Shown: positions 28,809-40,875, counted from the stretch's first letter. The stretch is 64,000 nucleotides of DNA from an uncultured bacterium (GCA_965552055.1 CBEVQO010000002.1:288001-352000); one strand, 5' to 3'. The notes: generated from the sequence alone by a model not told the origin. Program-made: numbers and translations.

Positions 28809-28884
28809 GGGCGGTTAGCTCAGGGGTTAGAGCGCCTATTTGACATGTAGGAGGTCGCAGGTTCGAGTCCTGCACCGCCCACCA
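28809..28884 (+). tRNA. tRNA-Val(GAC)
   Basis: Acceptor stem GGGCGGT/ACCGCCC; D arm TAGCTCAG..GG..AGAGC; anticodon stem CCTAT/GTAGG with loop TTGACAT; T arm GCAGG-TTCGAGT-CCTGC; encoded CCA. Confidence 0.97.
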
Positions 28885-28897
28885 AAAGGAGTGTGAT

Positions 28898-29278
28898 GTG
28901 GAAAACTATCTTAATTTACATCTTCAATATTTAAAAGAAGGGAGAAATCTTTTAAAAGATAAAAATTATAATCAGGCAGGTGAAAAATACTGGGGGGCTG
29001 TTGCAACTCTTATAAAGGCTGTTGCAGATAAAAAGGGTAAAAAATTAATGTCCCACGGAGAAATATGGAAATTTATAAAGGAAATAGCAGATGAAATGAA
29101 GGAGGAAGGCATTATAAACCTCTTTGGCAGTGCCAACAATCTTCATCAAAATTATTATGAAGGATGGTTGCCTCCTGAAGTCGTAAAAAAATATGCTGAA
29201 GATTGTGAAAAATTAATCGATAAGCTGAAAAAATTTTACAAACTGGATGAAAATGGAGAAAATCAAAATAAAAATTAA
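28898..29278 (+). CDS. PaREP1/HEPN-like family protein
   Basis: QAGEKYWGA...IKA and ANNLHQNYYE motifs typical of the archaeal PaREP1 family; AAGGAG SD. Confidence 0.8.
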   Translation: MENYLNLHLQYLKEGRNLLKDKNYNQAGEKYWGAVATLIKAVADKKGKKLMSHGEIWKFIKEIADEMKEEGIINLFGSANNLHQNYYEGWLPPEVVKKYAEDCEKLIDKLKKFYKLDENGENQNKN

Positions 29279-31154
29279 AGGTAAGGAAATAGAAATCGAA
29301 AAAGGCAAAAGATTTATTGATATCTGTGATGACAAAAATGTGATAGCGGTTGAATTTAACGGCAAAATTTATGATTTACAAAGGGAGATAGAAGAAGAAG
29401 GAGAGATAAGGTGGCTTACTTTTGATGATGAAGAAAGCAAAAAAGTTTACTGGCATTCAACTGCTCATATAATGGCTCAGGCAGTAAAAGAACTTTTCCC
29501 TGATGCAAAGTTAGGCGTGGGACCACCCATTGAAAATGGATTTTATTATGACTTTGAAATAAAACCTTTAACACCCGAAGATTTGCAAAAAATTGAAGAA
29601 AAAATGAAAGAAATCATCAAAAAAGATTTAAAATTTGAAAGAATAAAAATAAGCCGAGAAGAAGCAAAAAAACTTTTTGAAAAGTTAGGTGAGAAATTCA
29701 AATTAGAACTATTAGAAGAAATCGAAGAACCCATTACGATTTACAAACAGGGAGATTTCGTCGATTTATGTACAGGTCCACATGTGCCTTCCACTTCTTA
29801 CATTAAGGCATTTAAATTACTAACAGTTTCAGCTGCTTACTGGAGAGGAGACGAAAAAAGAGAGAGTTTACAGAGAATTTACGGAATATCATTTGATTCT
29901 GAAGAAAAATTAAATGAATGGCTAAAGTATTATGAAGAAGCAAAGAAATATGACCACAGAAGGGTAGGTAAAGAACAGGATTTATTCTCAATTCAGGAAG
30001 AGTGCGGTCCAGGGCTTGTCTTATGGCATCCAAAAGGTGGAATCATAAGAAAAATAATCGAAGATTTCTGGAAAGAAGAGCATTTAAAAAGGGGCTATCA
30101 AATAGTTTACACACCACATGTTGCAAAAGCAGAATTATGGAAGATTTCGGGTCATCTGGATTATTACAAAGAATTTATGTGTCTGTGTAAATTTGGTGAT
30201 GAAGAATATGTTTTAAAACCAATGAATTGTCCTTTTCATATTTTGATTTATAAAAGTCAGGTGAGGAGTTATAGGGATTTGCCTATTCGCTATGCTGAAC
30301 TTGGCACAGTTTACAGATATGAAAGGTCAGGGGTGTTGCATGGCTTATTGCGTGTGAGAGGCTTTACTCAGGACGATGCCCATATCTTCTGTCGCCCGGA
30401 CCAGGTTGAAGATGAAATTTTAAATCTTTTAGACCTTGTCGAATATATGACAGGAGTTTTTGGATTAAAAGAATTTAAAGTGGAATTATCTGTGAGAGAC
30501 CCCCATCACAAAGAAAAGTATGCAGGAAATGATGAAGAATGGGAATTAGCAGAAGATTCTCTTTCAAAAGCGCTTGATAAAAAAGGCTGGAAATATAAGA
30601 GAGCAGAAGGAGAGGCTGTTTTTTACGGACCTAAAATTGATGTCAAGTTTAAAGATGCAATCGGAAGAGTATGGCAGGGACCCACTATTCAGTTTGATTT
30701 TAATCTTCCAAAAAGATTCAATGTGACTTTTATCGATAAAGATGGTAAAGAGAAAAATGTAGTGATGATTCACAGAGCAATACTTGGTTCGCTTGAAAGA
30801 TTTTTGGGTACCCTTCTTGAATATCACAGGGGGGCACTTCCTGTATGGCTTTCACCCATCCAGGTATGGATTTGCTCCGTTGTAACAGATGTAAATGATT
30901 ATTGTGAAAAAATAAAGGCAAAGCTTGAAAAAGAAGGAATTAGATGTTATTTTGACGATAGCGCAGATAGAATCACTGCGAAAATAAAAAGGGCAAGTTT
31001 ACAAAGACCACCTTATATACTTATTGTGGGCAAAAAGGAAGTTGAAGAAAATACGGTATCTGTGCGAAAACGAGGAAAAGGAGAAATTGGAAAATTTTTA
31101 CTTGACGAATTCATTAATTTAATAAAAAAAGAGATAAGTGAGAGGGTGGTGTGA
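29247..31154 (+). CDS. thrS: Threonine--tRNA ligase
   Basis: TGS domain, WHSTAH, DLCTGPH, KPMNCPFH, RVRGFTQDDAH, FYGPKID and IHRAILGSLERF. Start may be ATG 29253. Confidence 0.98.
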   Translation: MKMEKIKIKIKGKEIEIEKGKRFIDICDDKNVIAVEFNGKIYDLQREIEEEGEIRWLTFDDEESKKVYWHSTAHIMAQAVKELFPDAKLGVGPPIENGFYYDFEIKPLTPEDLQKIEEKMKEIIKKDLKFERIKISREEAKKLFEKLGEKFKLELLEEIEEPITIYKQGDFVDLCTGPHVPSTSYIKAFKLLTVSAAYWRGDEKRESLQRIYGISFDSEEKLNEWLKYYEEAKKYDHRRVGKEQDLFSIQEECGPGLVLWHPKGGIIRKIIEDFWKEEHLKRGYQIVYTPHVAKAELWKISGHLDYYKEFMCLCKFGDEEYVLKPMNCPFHILIYKSQVRSYRDLPIRYAELGTVYRYERSGVLHGLLRVRGFTQDDAHIFCRPDQVEDEILNLLDLVEYMTGVFGLKEFKVELSVRDPHHKEKYAGNDEEWELAEDSLSKALDKKGWKYKRAEGEAVFYGPKIDVKFKDAIGRVWQGPTIQFDFNLPKRFNVTFIDKDGKEKNVVMIHRAILGSLERFLGTLLEYHRGALPVWLSPIQVWICSVVTDVNDYCEKIKAKLEKEGIRCYFDDSADRITAKIKRASLQRPPYILIVGKKEVEENTVSVRKRGKGEIGKFLLDEFINLIKKEISERVV

Positions 31155-31648
31155 AGGATTTAAGGGTTAATGAAAGAATAAGAGCCAGAGAAGTAAAAGT
31201 GGTGGATGAAAACGGCAAATTACTTGGAATATTCGATATAAGAGATGCTCTGAGAATGGCTCGTGAAAGAGGACTTGACCTTGTGGAGGTTGCACCAAAT
31301 CAAAATCCACCTGTATGCAAAATAATGGATTACGGAAAATACAAATATATGAAAGAAAAGAAAGATGAAAGAAGAAAACATCAACAAGAAATGAAAGAAA
31401 TAAGAATGAGTCTGGGAATATCTGAACATGATTATGAGATAAAACTCAGACAAATAAAAGAATTTTTGGAAGATGGAGACAAAGTTAGAATTAATCTGCG
31501 CTTCAAAGGGAGACAGATACTATTCAAGGATAAAGGGATTGACCTTCTCAAGAGGATAATATCCGACCTCGAAGATACGGCGAAAGTGATTACAGAGCCG
31601 AAGATTGAAGGAAGGGTGGGTGTTTTAGTTTTAGCTCCAAAGAGATGA
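31151..31648 (+). CDS. infC: Translation initiation factor IF-3
   Basis: RVNERIRAREV...LDLVEVAPN..PPVCKIMDYGKY; position after thrS; GTG start. Confidence 0.97.
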   Translation: MKDLRVNERIRAREVKVVDENGKLLGIFDIRDALRMARERGLDLVEVAPNQNPPVCKIMDYGKYKYMKEKKDERRKHQQEMKEIRMSLGISEHDYEIKLRQIKEFLEDGDKVRINLRFKGRQILFKDKGIDLLKRIISDLEDTAKVITEPKIEGRVGVLVLAPKR

Positions 31649-31854
31649 GCAAGCAAAAATTAAAAACAAAAAAATCAATAGCAAAAAGGGTAAAGGAGAC
31701 GGCGACCGGCAAATTAAAGCGCCATCAGGCTGGAAAAAGCCACTATGCTACGAAAAAGGAAAGAAAGAGAAAGAGACATTTGAGAAAACCTTCACTCGTA
31801 TCTCCAGAGGACCAAGGTAGAATTAAAAAAGCATTACCTTATGGACTGCCATGA
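31645..31854 (+). CDS. rpmI: 50S ribosomal protein L35
   Basis: [16 protein letters not shown]...AGKSH; synteny. Confidence 0.95.
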   Translation: MSKQKLKTKKSIAKRVKETATGKLKRHQAGKSHYATKKERKRKRHLRKPSLVSPEDQGRIKKALPYGLP

Positions 31855-32210
31855 CGAGAGCAACTAATGCACCTGCATCGAGGCGTAGACGGAAAAAATG
31901 GTTAAAAATGGCAAAGGGATACTACGGAAAGAGAAGCAGTTGCTACAGGATAGCGAAAACAGCGGTAATGAAGGCTCTGAAACACGCTTACAGACACAGA
32001 AGGGAGAAAAAGAGAGATTTCAGGAGATTATGGATAATGAGGATTAATGCGGCTGTCAGACAGCATGGTTTAAATTACAGCACATTCATAAACGGATTGA
32101 AGAAACTGAATATCCAGTTAAACAGAAAAATGCTGATGGAAATGGCACTGGAAGAACCAAAGGCTTTTGAGGAACTGGTAAATAAAGTAAAAGAGGTAGT
32201 TGCAACCTGA
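31851..32210 (+). CDS. rplT: 50S ribosomal protein L20
   Basis: [29 protein letters not shown] and LNRKML. Confidence 0.98.
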   Translation: MTRATNAPASRRRRKKWLKMAKGYYGKRSSCYRIAKTAVMKALKHAYRHRREKKRDFRRLWIMRINAAVRQHGLNYSTFINGLKKLNIQLNRKMLMEMALEEPKAFEELVNKVKEVVAT

Positions 32211-32361
32211 AGATTTATTAATTGAAAAGATTAAAAAATTGATTGAAGAACTGAAAAAAGAGAAGGATACAAAAAGGAAAATAAGCGAAAAGCTCAGGAA
32301 GATGAGAGATAGGATTAAGAAATTCTTAGAAAATGAAGGTAGAAGTAGAGATATTGAATAG
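32200..32361 (+). CDS. Short coiled-coil protein (53 aa), ZapB-like by position: [53 protein letters not shown]
   Basis: Hand-translated; TTG start after GAGGT; fills the rplT-zapA gap; heptad pattern. Confidence 0.6.
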   Translation: MQPEDLLIEKIKKLIEELKKEKDTKRKISEKLRKMRDRIKKFLENEGRSRDIE

Positions 32362-32596
32362 GAAATTTCCATTAATTTGTGAAGCACCTTCAGAGGATTA
32401 TGTTTTAAAGGTTGCGAATTATTTTAATGAGAGAATTAAAGAAATTCAGGAGACGGGTGTAACCGACCCTCTCTCCCTCGCCATACTCGCGGGTCTAAAT
32501 ATAGTAGACGAGTTATTCGAGATGCGCTCGAAATACGAGAAAAAAGAGAAGGCGATAGAAGAGGCATTAAATTTATTATCTGAAGTCGAAATATAA
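32333..32596 (+). CDS. zapA: Cell division protein ZapA
   Basis: [12 protein letters not shown]...VANYFNERIKEI...LAILAGLNIVDELF; upstream of rny. Confidence 0.9.
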   Translation: MKVEVEILNRKFPLICEAPSEDYVLKVANYFNERIKEIQETGVTDPLSLAILAGLNIVDELFEMRSKYEKKEKAIEEALNLLSEVEI

Positions 32597-32679
32597 CCCT
32601 GCGGTGTGCGTGACTGAAGGGACTTATTAGCCCAGCTCTGGGAAAGTTTTTGGTGGGTCCCTTGCACGGCACCGCGGGG
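32597..32679 (+). ncRNA. Long hairpin RNA, probable abbreviated 6S (SsrS)-like RNA
   Basis: Locally GC-rich 83-nt rod: CCCTGCGGTG/CACCGCGGGG, CGTG/CACG, AAGGGACTTATTA/TGGTGGGTCCCTT (with G-U pairs) and apical CCCA-GCTC-TGGG. Lies directly after the zapA stop, the conserved 6S position. Confidence 0.6.
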
Positions 32680-32691
32680 CAAGGAGGTAAA

Positions 32692-34245
32692 ATGTTATAT
32701 TTTATTGCCGGTATAATCGGAGGAATTTGTGGTATAGGTGCAGGATATTATATCGCAGGCAAAATAAGAGAAAAAAGACTAAAAGAAGCGAAAAAGACAG
32801 CTGAAGATATAATCTTAGAAGCAAAAAAAGAAGCAGAAAGAATAAAGGAAGCTGCAAAAACAGAGGTAAGAATCGAAAAATCAAAGATAAAAGAAACACT
32901 GCAAAAAGAAAAAGAGAAAATGTTCAAAGAATTTGAGGAAAAAGAAAAAAATCTCAGAACAAAAGAAATAGAAATCGAAAGGAAAGCCGATATAATCGCA
33001 CGAAAAGAACACGAAATAAGAAATAAAGAAAAATCCATTGAAGAAAAAGAAAGGTCATTAAAAGCTAAACACGAAGAACTTGACAGAAGATTAAGAGAAG
33101 CAAATGAACAGTTACAGAGAATATCAGGGATGACCAAAGAAGAAGCGAAGAAAATTTTAATGGAAAATTTACTCGAAGAAGCAAGGCTGGAAGCTGCTCA
33201 AAAAATTAAAGAAATAAAGGAAAAAGCAGAAAGAGAAGCAGAAAAAGAAGCAATAAATATAATTTCTCAAGCAATCGAAAGATGTGCAGCAAGAAGGACA
33301 ATTGAGACGACAACGGTCACAGTTGAACTGCCTGATGACGCCTTAAAGGGAAGATTGATAGGAAGAGAAGGAAGAAACATAAGGGCATTTGACAGCATTT
33401 TTGGTGTAGACCTATTAATTGATGATACTCCAGGTGTTGTAACGATATCCTGTTTTGACCCGAGAAGAAGGGAAATTGCAAGAATAGCACTCGAACGCCT
33501 CATAAGAGATGGTAGAATTCATCCAGCCAGAATAGAAGAAGAAGCAGAAAAGGCAAAACAGGAATTCGAAAGAAGGGTCGAAGAAATAGGAAAAAAGACG
33601 GTAATAGAAGCAGGTATTAAAAATCTTCATCCCGAACTTGTGAAAATGATAGGAATGTTGAAATTCCGTTCAAGTTATGGACAAAATGTACTCGAGCATT
33701 CAGTCGAAGTGATGCAAATAGCATCCATAATGGCACAGGAACTCGGACTCGATGTTGAAACCACAAAAAGAGCAGCTCTACTTCACGATATTGGCAAAGC
33801 AGCAGGACAGGAATATCAGGGTAAACATCAGGAAATCGGTGCAAAAATAGCAAAAAGATTTGGTGAATCAGAAATAGTTGTAAATGCAATTGCAGCGCAT
33901 CATGGAGATGTTGAACCTATTTCCCCAATCGCAGTAATAGTGCAGGCAGCAGACGCTATATCAGGAGCAAGACCGGGAGCAAGAAGAGAAACATTCGAAG
34001 CATATATCGAAAGATTACAAAAACTCGAAGAAATCGTTATGTCTTTTGACGGCGTAGAAAACTGTTACGCAATTCAAGCAGGAAGAGAAGTTAGAGTAAT
34101 CGTGCAACCCGAAAAAGTACCAGATACAAGACTGCAAGATATGGCAGAAGAAATCGCAAAGAAAATAGAAAAAGAAATGAAATATCCGGGAGAAATAAAA
34201 GTAGTAGTTTTGAGAGAAACAAGAGCTATTGAATTTGCGAAATGA
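32692..34245 (+). CDS. rny: Ribonuclease Y
   Basis: N-terminal TM helix, coiled coil, KH domain (KGRLIGREGRNIR) and HD domain (LLHDIGK). Start at ATG 32692 after AAGGAGG. Confidence 0.97.
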   Translation: MLYFIAGIIGGICGIGAGYYIAGKIREKRLKEAKKTAEDIILEAKKEAERIKEAAKTEVRIEKSKIKETLQKEKEKMFKEFEEKEKNLRTKEIEIERKADIIARKEHEIRNKEKSIEEKERSLKAKHEELDRRLREANEQLQRISGMTKEEAKKILMENLLEEARLEAAQKIKEIKEKAEREAEKEAINIISQAIERCAARRTIETTTVTVELPDDALKGRLIGREGRNIRAFDSIFGVDLLIDDTPGVVTISCFDPRRREIARIALERLIRDGRIHPARIEEEAEKAKQEFERRVEEIGKKTVIEAGIKNLHPELVKMIGMLKFRSSYGQNVLEHSVEVMQIASIMAQELGLDVETTKRAALLHDIGKAAGQEYQGKHQEIGAKIAKRFGESEIVVNAIAAHHGDVEPISPIAVIVQAADAISGARPGARRETFEAYIERLQKLEEIVMSFDGVENCYAIQAGREVRVIVQPEKVPDTRLQDMAEEIAKKIEKEMKYPGEIKVVVLRETRAIEFAK

Positions 34246-35027
34246 GAATATTATTTTTGGGTGATGTTTTTGGGAGACCGGGTAGAAGGATACTCGCTAA
34301 CTTTTTGCCTGAATTTAAAAAGAAATATAATATAGATTTTGTTATTGCGAATGGCGAAAATGTAGCCGGCGGTCAGGGAATAACACTTAACACCTATCAA
34401 AAACTTATATCATACGGAGTAGATTGTATTACCTGTGGAACGCATTTATGGGACAAACCCGAAGATGCAATGCAGGTTACTAAATCCGAAAAAGCATGGA
34501 GATTTTTAAGACCTGCAAATTATCCCTTTATACCGGGAAAAGGTTCGGAATATTTTGAGCCTCCGGGAATTGGCGTTATCAACTTGCTTGGCAGATTATA
34601 TATGCCACACCCACTAATTGATTGCCCTTTCAGAACAGCGCTTAAAGAAATTGAAAAATTAAGAGAAAAAACAAAAGTAATAATAATAGATTTTCATGCA
34701 GAATCTGTAATGGAAAAGAAAGCACTTGCCTGTTATCTTGATGGAAAGGTAACCGCTGTAATTGGTACCCATACTCATGTTCAATCTGCCGATGAAGAAA
34801 TCTTACCTCATGGCACTGCCTATCTCACAGATGCAGGGATGGTAGGTTCTTTTAATTCGATAATCGGAGTTAAACACGAAAAATCTCTTGCTGTATTTCT
34901 CACTGGGATACCTCATCGGTTCGACACTGCTTACGGAGAGCATAAAGTAAACGGTGTGTTAATAGATGCTGATGAAAAAACAGGAAAAGCATTGTCCATA
35001 AAAAGAGTATGGTGTGATGCAGGATAA
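34242..35027 (+). CDS. ymdB: YmdB-like metallophosphoesterase
   Basis: [22 protein letters not shown] and GTHTHV; usual position after rny. Confidence 0.92.
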   Translation: MRILFLGDVFGRPGRRILANFLPEFKKKYNIDFVIANGENVAGGQGITLNTYQKLISYGVDCITCGTHLWDKPEDAMQVTKSEKAWRFLRPANYPFIPGKGSEYFEPPGIGVINLLGRLYMPHPLIDCPFRTALKEIEKLREKTKVIIIDFHAESVMEKKALACYLDGKVTAVIGTHTHVQSADEEILPHGTAYLTDAGMVGSFNSIIGVKHEKSLAVFLTGIPHRFDTAYGEHKVNGVLIDADEKTGKALSIKRVWCDAG

Positions 35028-35436
35028 ATACAAACAACCAAAACTCGCAGTAGATGCCATCATAGAAATTGGTGATAAAATCGTTTTAATTCGTCGCAAA
35101 AATCCTCCTTATGGCTGGGCATTACCCGGAGGCTTTGTGGAATACGGTGAGACACTTGAGCAAGCTGTAAGGAGAGAAGCAATGGAAGAAACGGGCTTGG
35201 AACTTTTAGACTTACGGCAATTTCATGCTTACTCTGAACCCGATAGAGACCCTCGTTTTCATGTTGTATCTGTTGTTTTCATCGCAAAAGGCAAAGGCAC
35301 ACCAAGAGCCGCAGATGACGCAGCAGGAATAGCACTGTTCTCAAAAGACGAATTACCAGAAGATATAGCATTTGATCATAAAAAAATACTCGAAGATTAT
35401 TTCAAATTTAAAGCAACAGGTGAAATTCCTCGATGA
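35014..35436 (+). CDS. NUDIX hydrolase (ADP-ribose pyrophosphatase-like)
   Basis: Nudix box [37 protein letters not shown]. Confidence 0.93.
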   Translation: MMQDKYKQPKLAVDAIIEIGDKIVLIRRKNPPYGWALPGGFVEYGETLEQAVRREAMEETGLELLDLRQFHAYSEPDRDPRFHVVSVVFIAKGKGTPRAADDAAGIALFSKDELPEDIAFDHKKILEDYFKFKATGEIPR

Positions 35437-36493
35437 ATTTCGGGATAGAAATTTAGCCCAAAAATTAATTTCTAAAATAAAAAATTTCAAAAAAGAAGTC
35501 AAAATAATGGAAGTATGCGGTACTCATACTGTTAATTTTTTCCGCTTTGGATTACATAATTTAATTCCTCCTAATGTAAAGATAATATCAGGACCTGGAT
35601 GCCCTGTTTGTGTAACATCTCAAAAAGATATAGATTATGCTGTAGAACTATCAAACTTTACTTCAATTTTAACTTATGGCGATATGATGAGAGTGCCCGG
35701 CACCAGGTCTTCTCTCGAAAAAGAAAAAGCAAAAGGCAAAGATATAAGAGTAATTTATTCCGCATATGATGTCTTAAAAATTGTGGAAAAAGAAAAAGAC
35801 AAAAATTTTGTATTTTTTGCAATAGGTTTTGAGACAACAGCTCCTGCTACTGCATTTTTGCTTTGCGAAATGAAGAAAAATAATATAAAAAATTTAAAAA
35901 TCTTCTGCTGTCATAAACTTATACCTCCTGCTATGAAAGCAATCTGTGAAGGACAGATAAAAATAAACGCTTTCCTCTGTCCAGGACATGTATCAACAAT
36001 TATAGGTGAAACACCTTATTATGAAATCGCAGAAAAATATAAAATACCCTGCATTATAACAGGCTTCGAAGCTATTGATATACTTTTTGGAATAACGAAA
36101 GCGATTGAATTAATTGAAAAAGGTGATTATATTGTCTTTAACGCTTATAAAAGAGCGGTTAGAAAAAAGGGAAACGAAAGGGCACTCGAACTTTTAGAAG
36201 AAGTTTTTGATAAAGTAGATGCTGAATGGCGCGGACTTGGAGTAATTCCAGAAAGCGGCTACAGCATAAAAGAAGAGTTTAAGGATTTTGATGTTAGAAA
36301 TTTTTTTAATTTTAAAATTGAAAGCTACGAATATCCTGGCTGTCGTTGTGGTGATGTTTTAAAGGGACTAATTGAACCCATTGAATGTCCTCATTTTGGT
36401 AAAAACTGCACTCCTGAAAACCCTCTGGGTCCGTGCATGGTTTCATCGGAAGGCACCTGTGCTGCTTATTATAAATTTAAACTATCACTTTGA
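35420..36493 (+). CDS. hypD: Hydrogenase maturation protein HypD
   Basis: [25 protein letters not shown] and [14 protein letters not shown]. Start placed at GTG 35420. Confidence 0.96.
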   Translation: MKFLDEFRDRNLAQKLISKIKNFKKEVKIMEVCGTHTVNFFRFGLHNLIPPNVKIISGPGCPVCVTSQKDIDYAVELSNFTSILTYGDMMRVPGTRSSLEKEKAKGKDIRVIYSAYDVLKIVEKEKDKNFVFFAIGFETTAPATAFLLCEMKKNNIKNLKIFCCHKLIPPAMKAICEGQIKINAFLCPGHVSTIIGETPYYEIAEKYKIPCIITGFEAIDILFGITKAIELIEKGDYIVFNAYKRAVRKKGNERALELLEEVFDKVDAEWRGLGVIPESGYSIKEEFKDFDVRNFFNFKIESYEYPGCRCGDVLKGLIEPIECPHFGKNCTPENPLGPCMVSSEGTCAAYYKFKLSL

Positions 36494-38014
36494 AAACCTG
36501 CTCAAAAGCATACCTGTGAATAATCGCCTCTCCTGACGGTCAAATATCAGGAAATATCCGGCAATGTATGACACTATCAACGATAATATAAAAATCAAAG
36601 CAAGTGTTCTGAAGCTTGTAATTAAAGGCTTCATCAAATACATAAGAAATACAGGTATAAAGCCGATGAATATACAATCTTTTAAAACTCTCACTACATC
36701 TTTTAAGGATAGTGCTAACATATTTGAAGCGACATATCGCATAAAAACAGGCGTTAAGACGATTTCCTGGGCTAAGAAAGATATCGCTGCTCCCTTTATT
36801 CCAATTTTTGGTATCAGTAAAAAGCACAATGCAACATGGAGACAGGTTTTCGCAATCTGCACGAAAGCATTCATCTGAGGATAACCCATTCCCCGAGCAG
36901 TAATATCAGCCAGTCTTGAAAAATTCCTTATCAAAAAAGATAACGATAATAACTGTAATATAACTGCACTTTTAAGGGCAAAATTCTTACCCATCCAGAA
37001 GAAAAGTATTTCTCTCGAAAAGAAAATAACAGAAAAAAACAAAGGAATAATACCGAAGGACACATATTTTATGCTTTTTAAAAACAGCATGTTCCTTTTT
37101 TTCACTTCTTTTATTCCATCCAGTTCACTTATTGCAGGAAATATCACAGAGATTATGGCATCGGTTATAGCTCCGCCTCTTTTTGCAAGATTATATGGCA
37201 CAATGTAATAAGATACCCATGATACCGGCATAAATAATCCTATTATAAATTTATCAATATAGGCTGATGTTCGTTCAAAAATTTTACCAACCAGAACAAA
37301 GCCACCGAACTTTATAAGCTTTACGAAAATATCTTTCTCGAATAAAAATTTTAATGACAAAAAATTAAAAAATCTTTTAAAAACAATTAAATTCACAAAA
37401 AGTCCAAGAACCTGAACACATAAGTATGCTATCGCCACTTCTTTTAAATGGAATCCCATGTATAAAAGAATCACAAACAAAAGAATCTGTATACTGGTTA
37501 ATCCTGCGGTTATTTTCGTAGTTAAATCAAATCTCTGGAAGGCAGAAAAAACACTGTGAAAAACAGATTGACACATACCAAAAAAGAAGCTCACAGAAGC
37601 TATATAAAACACAAAATAAGATGTTTTCAGTAAATATGATGGTATTTTAAATAAAGATAGAAAAAATTTTGCAAATAATAGTATAACACCGCAACCTACT
37701 GCTCCTATCAAAAAATGTATGGTTAACGCAACGCCTATTATCCTGTTAACTTCCTCTTTTTTATCCTTACTCCAGTACTCTGATACAAATTTTATAACAG
37801 CATGATTTGTACCGAGATTTAGAAACTGGAAATAACCGAGTGTAACAAGCACCATTCCCCATATTCCGTAAGCTTCTTCACCGAGTTTATGAACGATATA
37901 GGGAGCGGTCAATATCGATAGCAAAAGCAACCATATCTGTAAAAATATGTTGTATAAAAAATTACGGGATAAAGTATAAGGGGAAGTTATAATTCTCTTT
38001 TGTGATTTATTCAA
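36485..38014 (-). CDS. Wzx-type polysaccharide flippase (MOP superfamily)
   Basis: About 12-14 hydrophobic segments; PYIVHKLGEEAYGIW, DKFIIG..M...VSYY and LIPKIGIKGAAIS. Confidence 0.88.
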   Translation of the reverse strand: MNKSQKRIITSPYTLSRNFLYNIFLQIWLLLLSILTAPYIVHKLGEEAYGIWGMVLVTLGYFQFLNLGTNHAVIKFVSEYWSKDKKEEVNRIIGVALTIHFLIGAVGCGVILLFAKFFLSLFKIPSYLLKTSYFVFYIASVSFFFGMCQSVFHSVFSAFQRFDLTTKITAGLTSIQILLFVILLYMGFHLKEVAIAYLCVQVLGLFVNLIVFKRFFNFLSLKFLFEKDIFVKLIKFGGFVLVGKIFERTSAYIDKFIIGLFMPVSWVSYYIVPYNLAKRGGAITDAIISVIFPAISELDGIKEVKKRNMLFLKSIKYVSFGIIPLFFSVIFFSREILFFWMGKNFALKSAVILQLLSLSFLIRNFSRLADITARGMGYPQMNAFVQIAKTCLHVALCFLLIPKIGIKGAAISFLAQEIVLTPVFMRYVASNMLALSLKDVVRVLKDCIFIGFIPVFLMYLMKPLITSFRTLALIFILSLIVSYIAGYFLIFDRQERRLFTGMLLSRFSK

Positions 38015-38021
38015 GATAAGG

Positions 38022-39664
<1,643 letters not shown>

Positions 39665-39672
39665 AAAACCCC

Positions 39673-40044
39673 CTAAAACTCCCTAAATTCCCTCTTTCTC
39701 AACATCGTTAAATCAATATCGCCTGTCATAGGATTTGGTATTAAGCCCCATTCTTCCATACATGTGGCACCTATTATCATCTCAATCTCCCTTCCATGCT
39801 CATCCCTTCCTATTTCTTCAATGGGATACGCTTTGACATCAAACTCAAGACCATCAATCGAACAAAGTAAAATACACGCTTCTTCTATTTCATAACTTTT
39901 ACCTCCAAGTCCCACTTCAAAAGGTTTTATTTTAAATTTTTTATCGGAAATGAGCTCTTTTTTAATATAAGAGCGCATAGAACCCGTATCAAATAGAGCA
40001 TAAACTTTCTTATCACCCACTTTTATTTCTTTAAATACTCTCAT
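39673..40044 (-). CDS. Retropepsin-like (clan AA) aspartic protease
   Basis: ALFDTGS catalytic motif and MIIGATCMEEW second motif. Confidence 0.8.
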   Translation of the reverse strand: MRVFKEIKVGDKKVYALFDTGSMRSYIKKELISDKKFKIKPFEVGLGGKSYEIEEACILLCSIDGLEFDVKAYPIEEIGRDEHGREIEMIIGATCMEEWGLIPNPMTGDIDLTMLRKREFREF

Positions 40045-40867
40045 TTTTTTCGAATAATTCCAGGGATATTTTTTCCTGCTCTTTATAAGCTGCCAATCTT
40101 TTCAGCAACAAATCAAAATTGACCTTATGTCCATCAAATTCCGGTCCATCAACGCACGCAAATTTCGTCTCACCGCCAACCTCTACTCTGCACGCCCCAC
40201 ACATGCCCGTCCCATCAACCATTATTGGATTTAAACTAACTATAGTTTTCACTCCAAAGGGTCGAGTAACATCGGCACATACTTTCATCATTATAGTGGG
40301 ACCTATGGCTATCACCCTGTCAATCTTCCTCCCGCTTTCGAGCAACTCTTTTAAAACATCGGAAACAAAACCCTTTCTTCCGTAACTCCCATCATCAGTT
40401 GTGATGTAAACTTCATCCGATACTTTTCTTACCCAATCTTCCAATATTAAAAGTTCTTTAGTCCTTGCCCCGATTATTGAAATAATTGTATTGCCCTTCT
40501 CTTTGAGTGCCCTGATAATAGGATAAAGGGGAGCAATACCAACTCCTCCACCTACTCCTATCACAGTACCAAAATTTTCAATTTCCGAGGGTCTGCCAAG
40601 GGGTCCAATAACATGTGGTATCTCATCACCCTCATTAAGACAGGTACCTAAATATCTCGTAGTTTTACCTACTTCCTGAAATATCATTGTAAAAGTCCCC
40701 TTCTCTTTGTTCGCATCCACAATGGTCAAAGGAATCCTTTCACCTTTCTCATGAGCAATCACAACAATAAATTGTCCAGGTAAAGCTTTTTCCGCTATAT
40801 ACGGATTCTCAACTTCAAAAAGCTTTATACCGGGAGCCAGCTCCTCTTTTTTCATTATCCTATTCAT
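40031..40867 (-). CDS. nfnA: NfnA/SudB FAD/NAD-binding [2Fe-2S] subunit
   Basis: PGQF, GERIPLTI, GGGVG, TDDGSYG and MVDGTGMCGACRV...FACVDGPEFDGH. Confidence 0.9.
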   Translation of the reverse strand: MNRIMKKEELAPGIKLFEVENPYIAEKALPGQFIVVIAHEKGERIPLTIVDANKEKGTFTMIFQEVGKTTRYLGTCLNEGDEIPHVIGPLGRPSEIENFGTVIGVGGGVGIAPLYPIIRALKEKGNTIISIIGARTKELLILEDWVRKVSDEVYITTDDGSYGRKGFVSDVLKELLESGRKIDRVIAIGPTIMMKVCADVTRPFGVKTIVSLNPIMVDGTGMCGACRVEVGGETKFACVDGPEFDGHKVNFDLLLKRLAAYKEQEKISLELFEKNESI

Positions 40868-40875
40868 GACTTCAC

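Noticed and set aside
28885..29247. T-box riboswitch upstream of thrS (also checked upstream of proS)
   Set aside because: The thrS upstream region is fully occupied by a CDS, the proS leader is too short, and no T-box consensus was seen.
28809..29278. tRNA-Val as an attachment site for an integrated element
   Set aside because: I saw no duplicated tRNA 3' end and no integrase in the window; only a single inserted gene follows.
31102..31130. Internal infC promoter at TTGACG in the thrS 3' end
   Set aside because: No convincing TAnnnT at 15-17 bp spacing.
32650..32691. Longer rny start at 32650
   Set aside because: It falls inside the RNA hairpin. ATG 32692 has an AAGGAGG SD and begins the TM helix.
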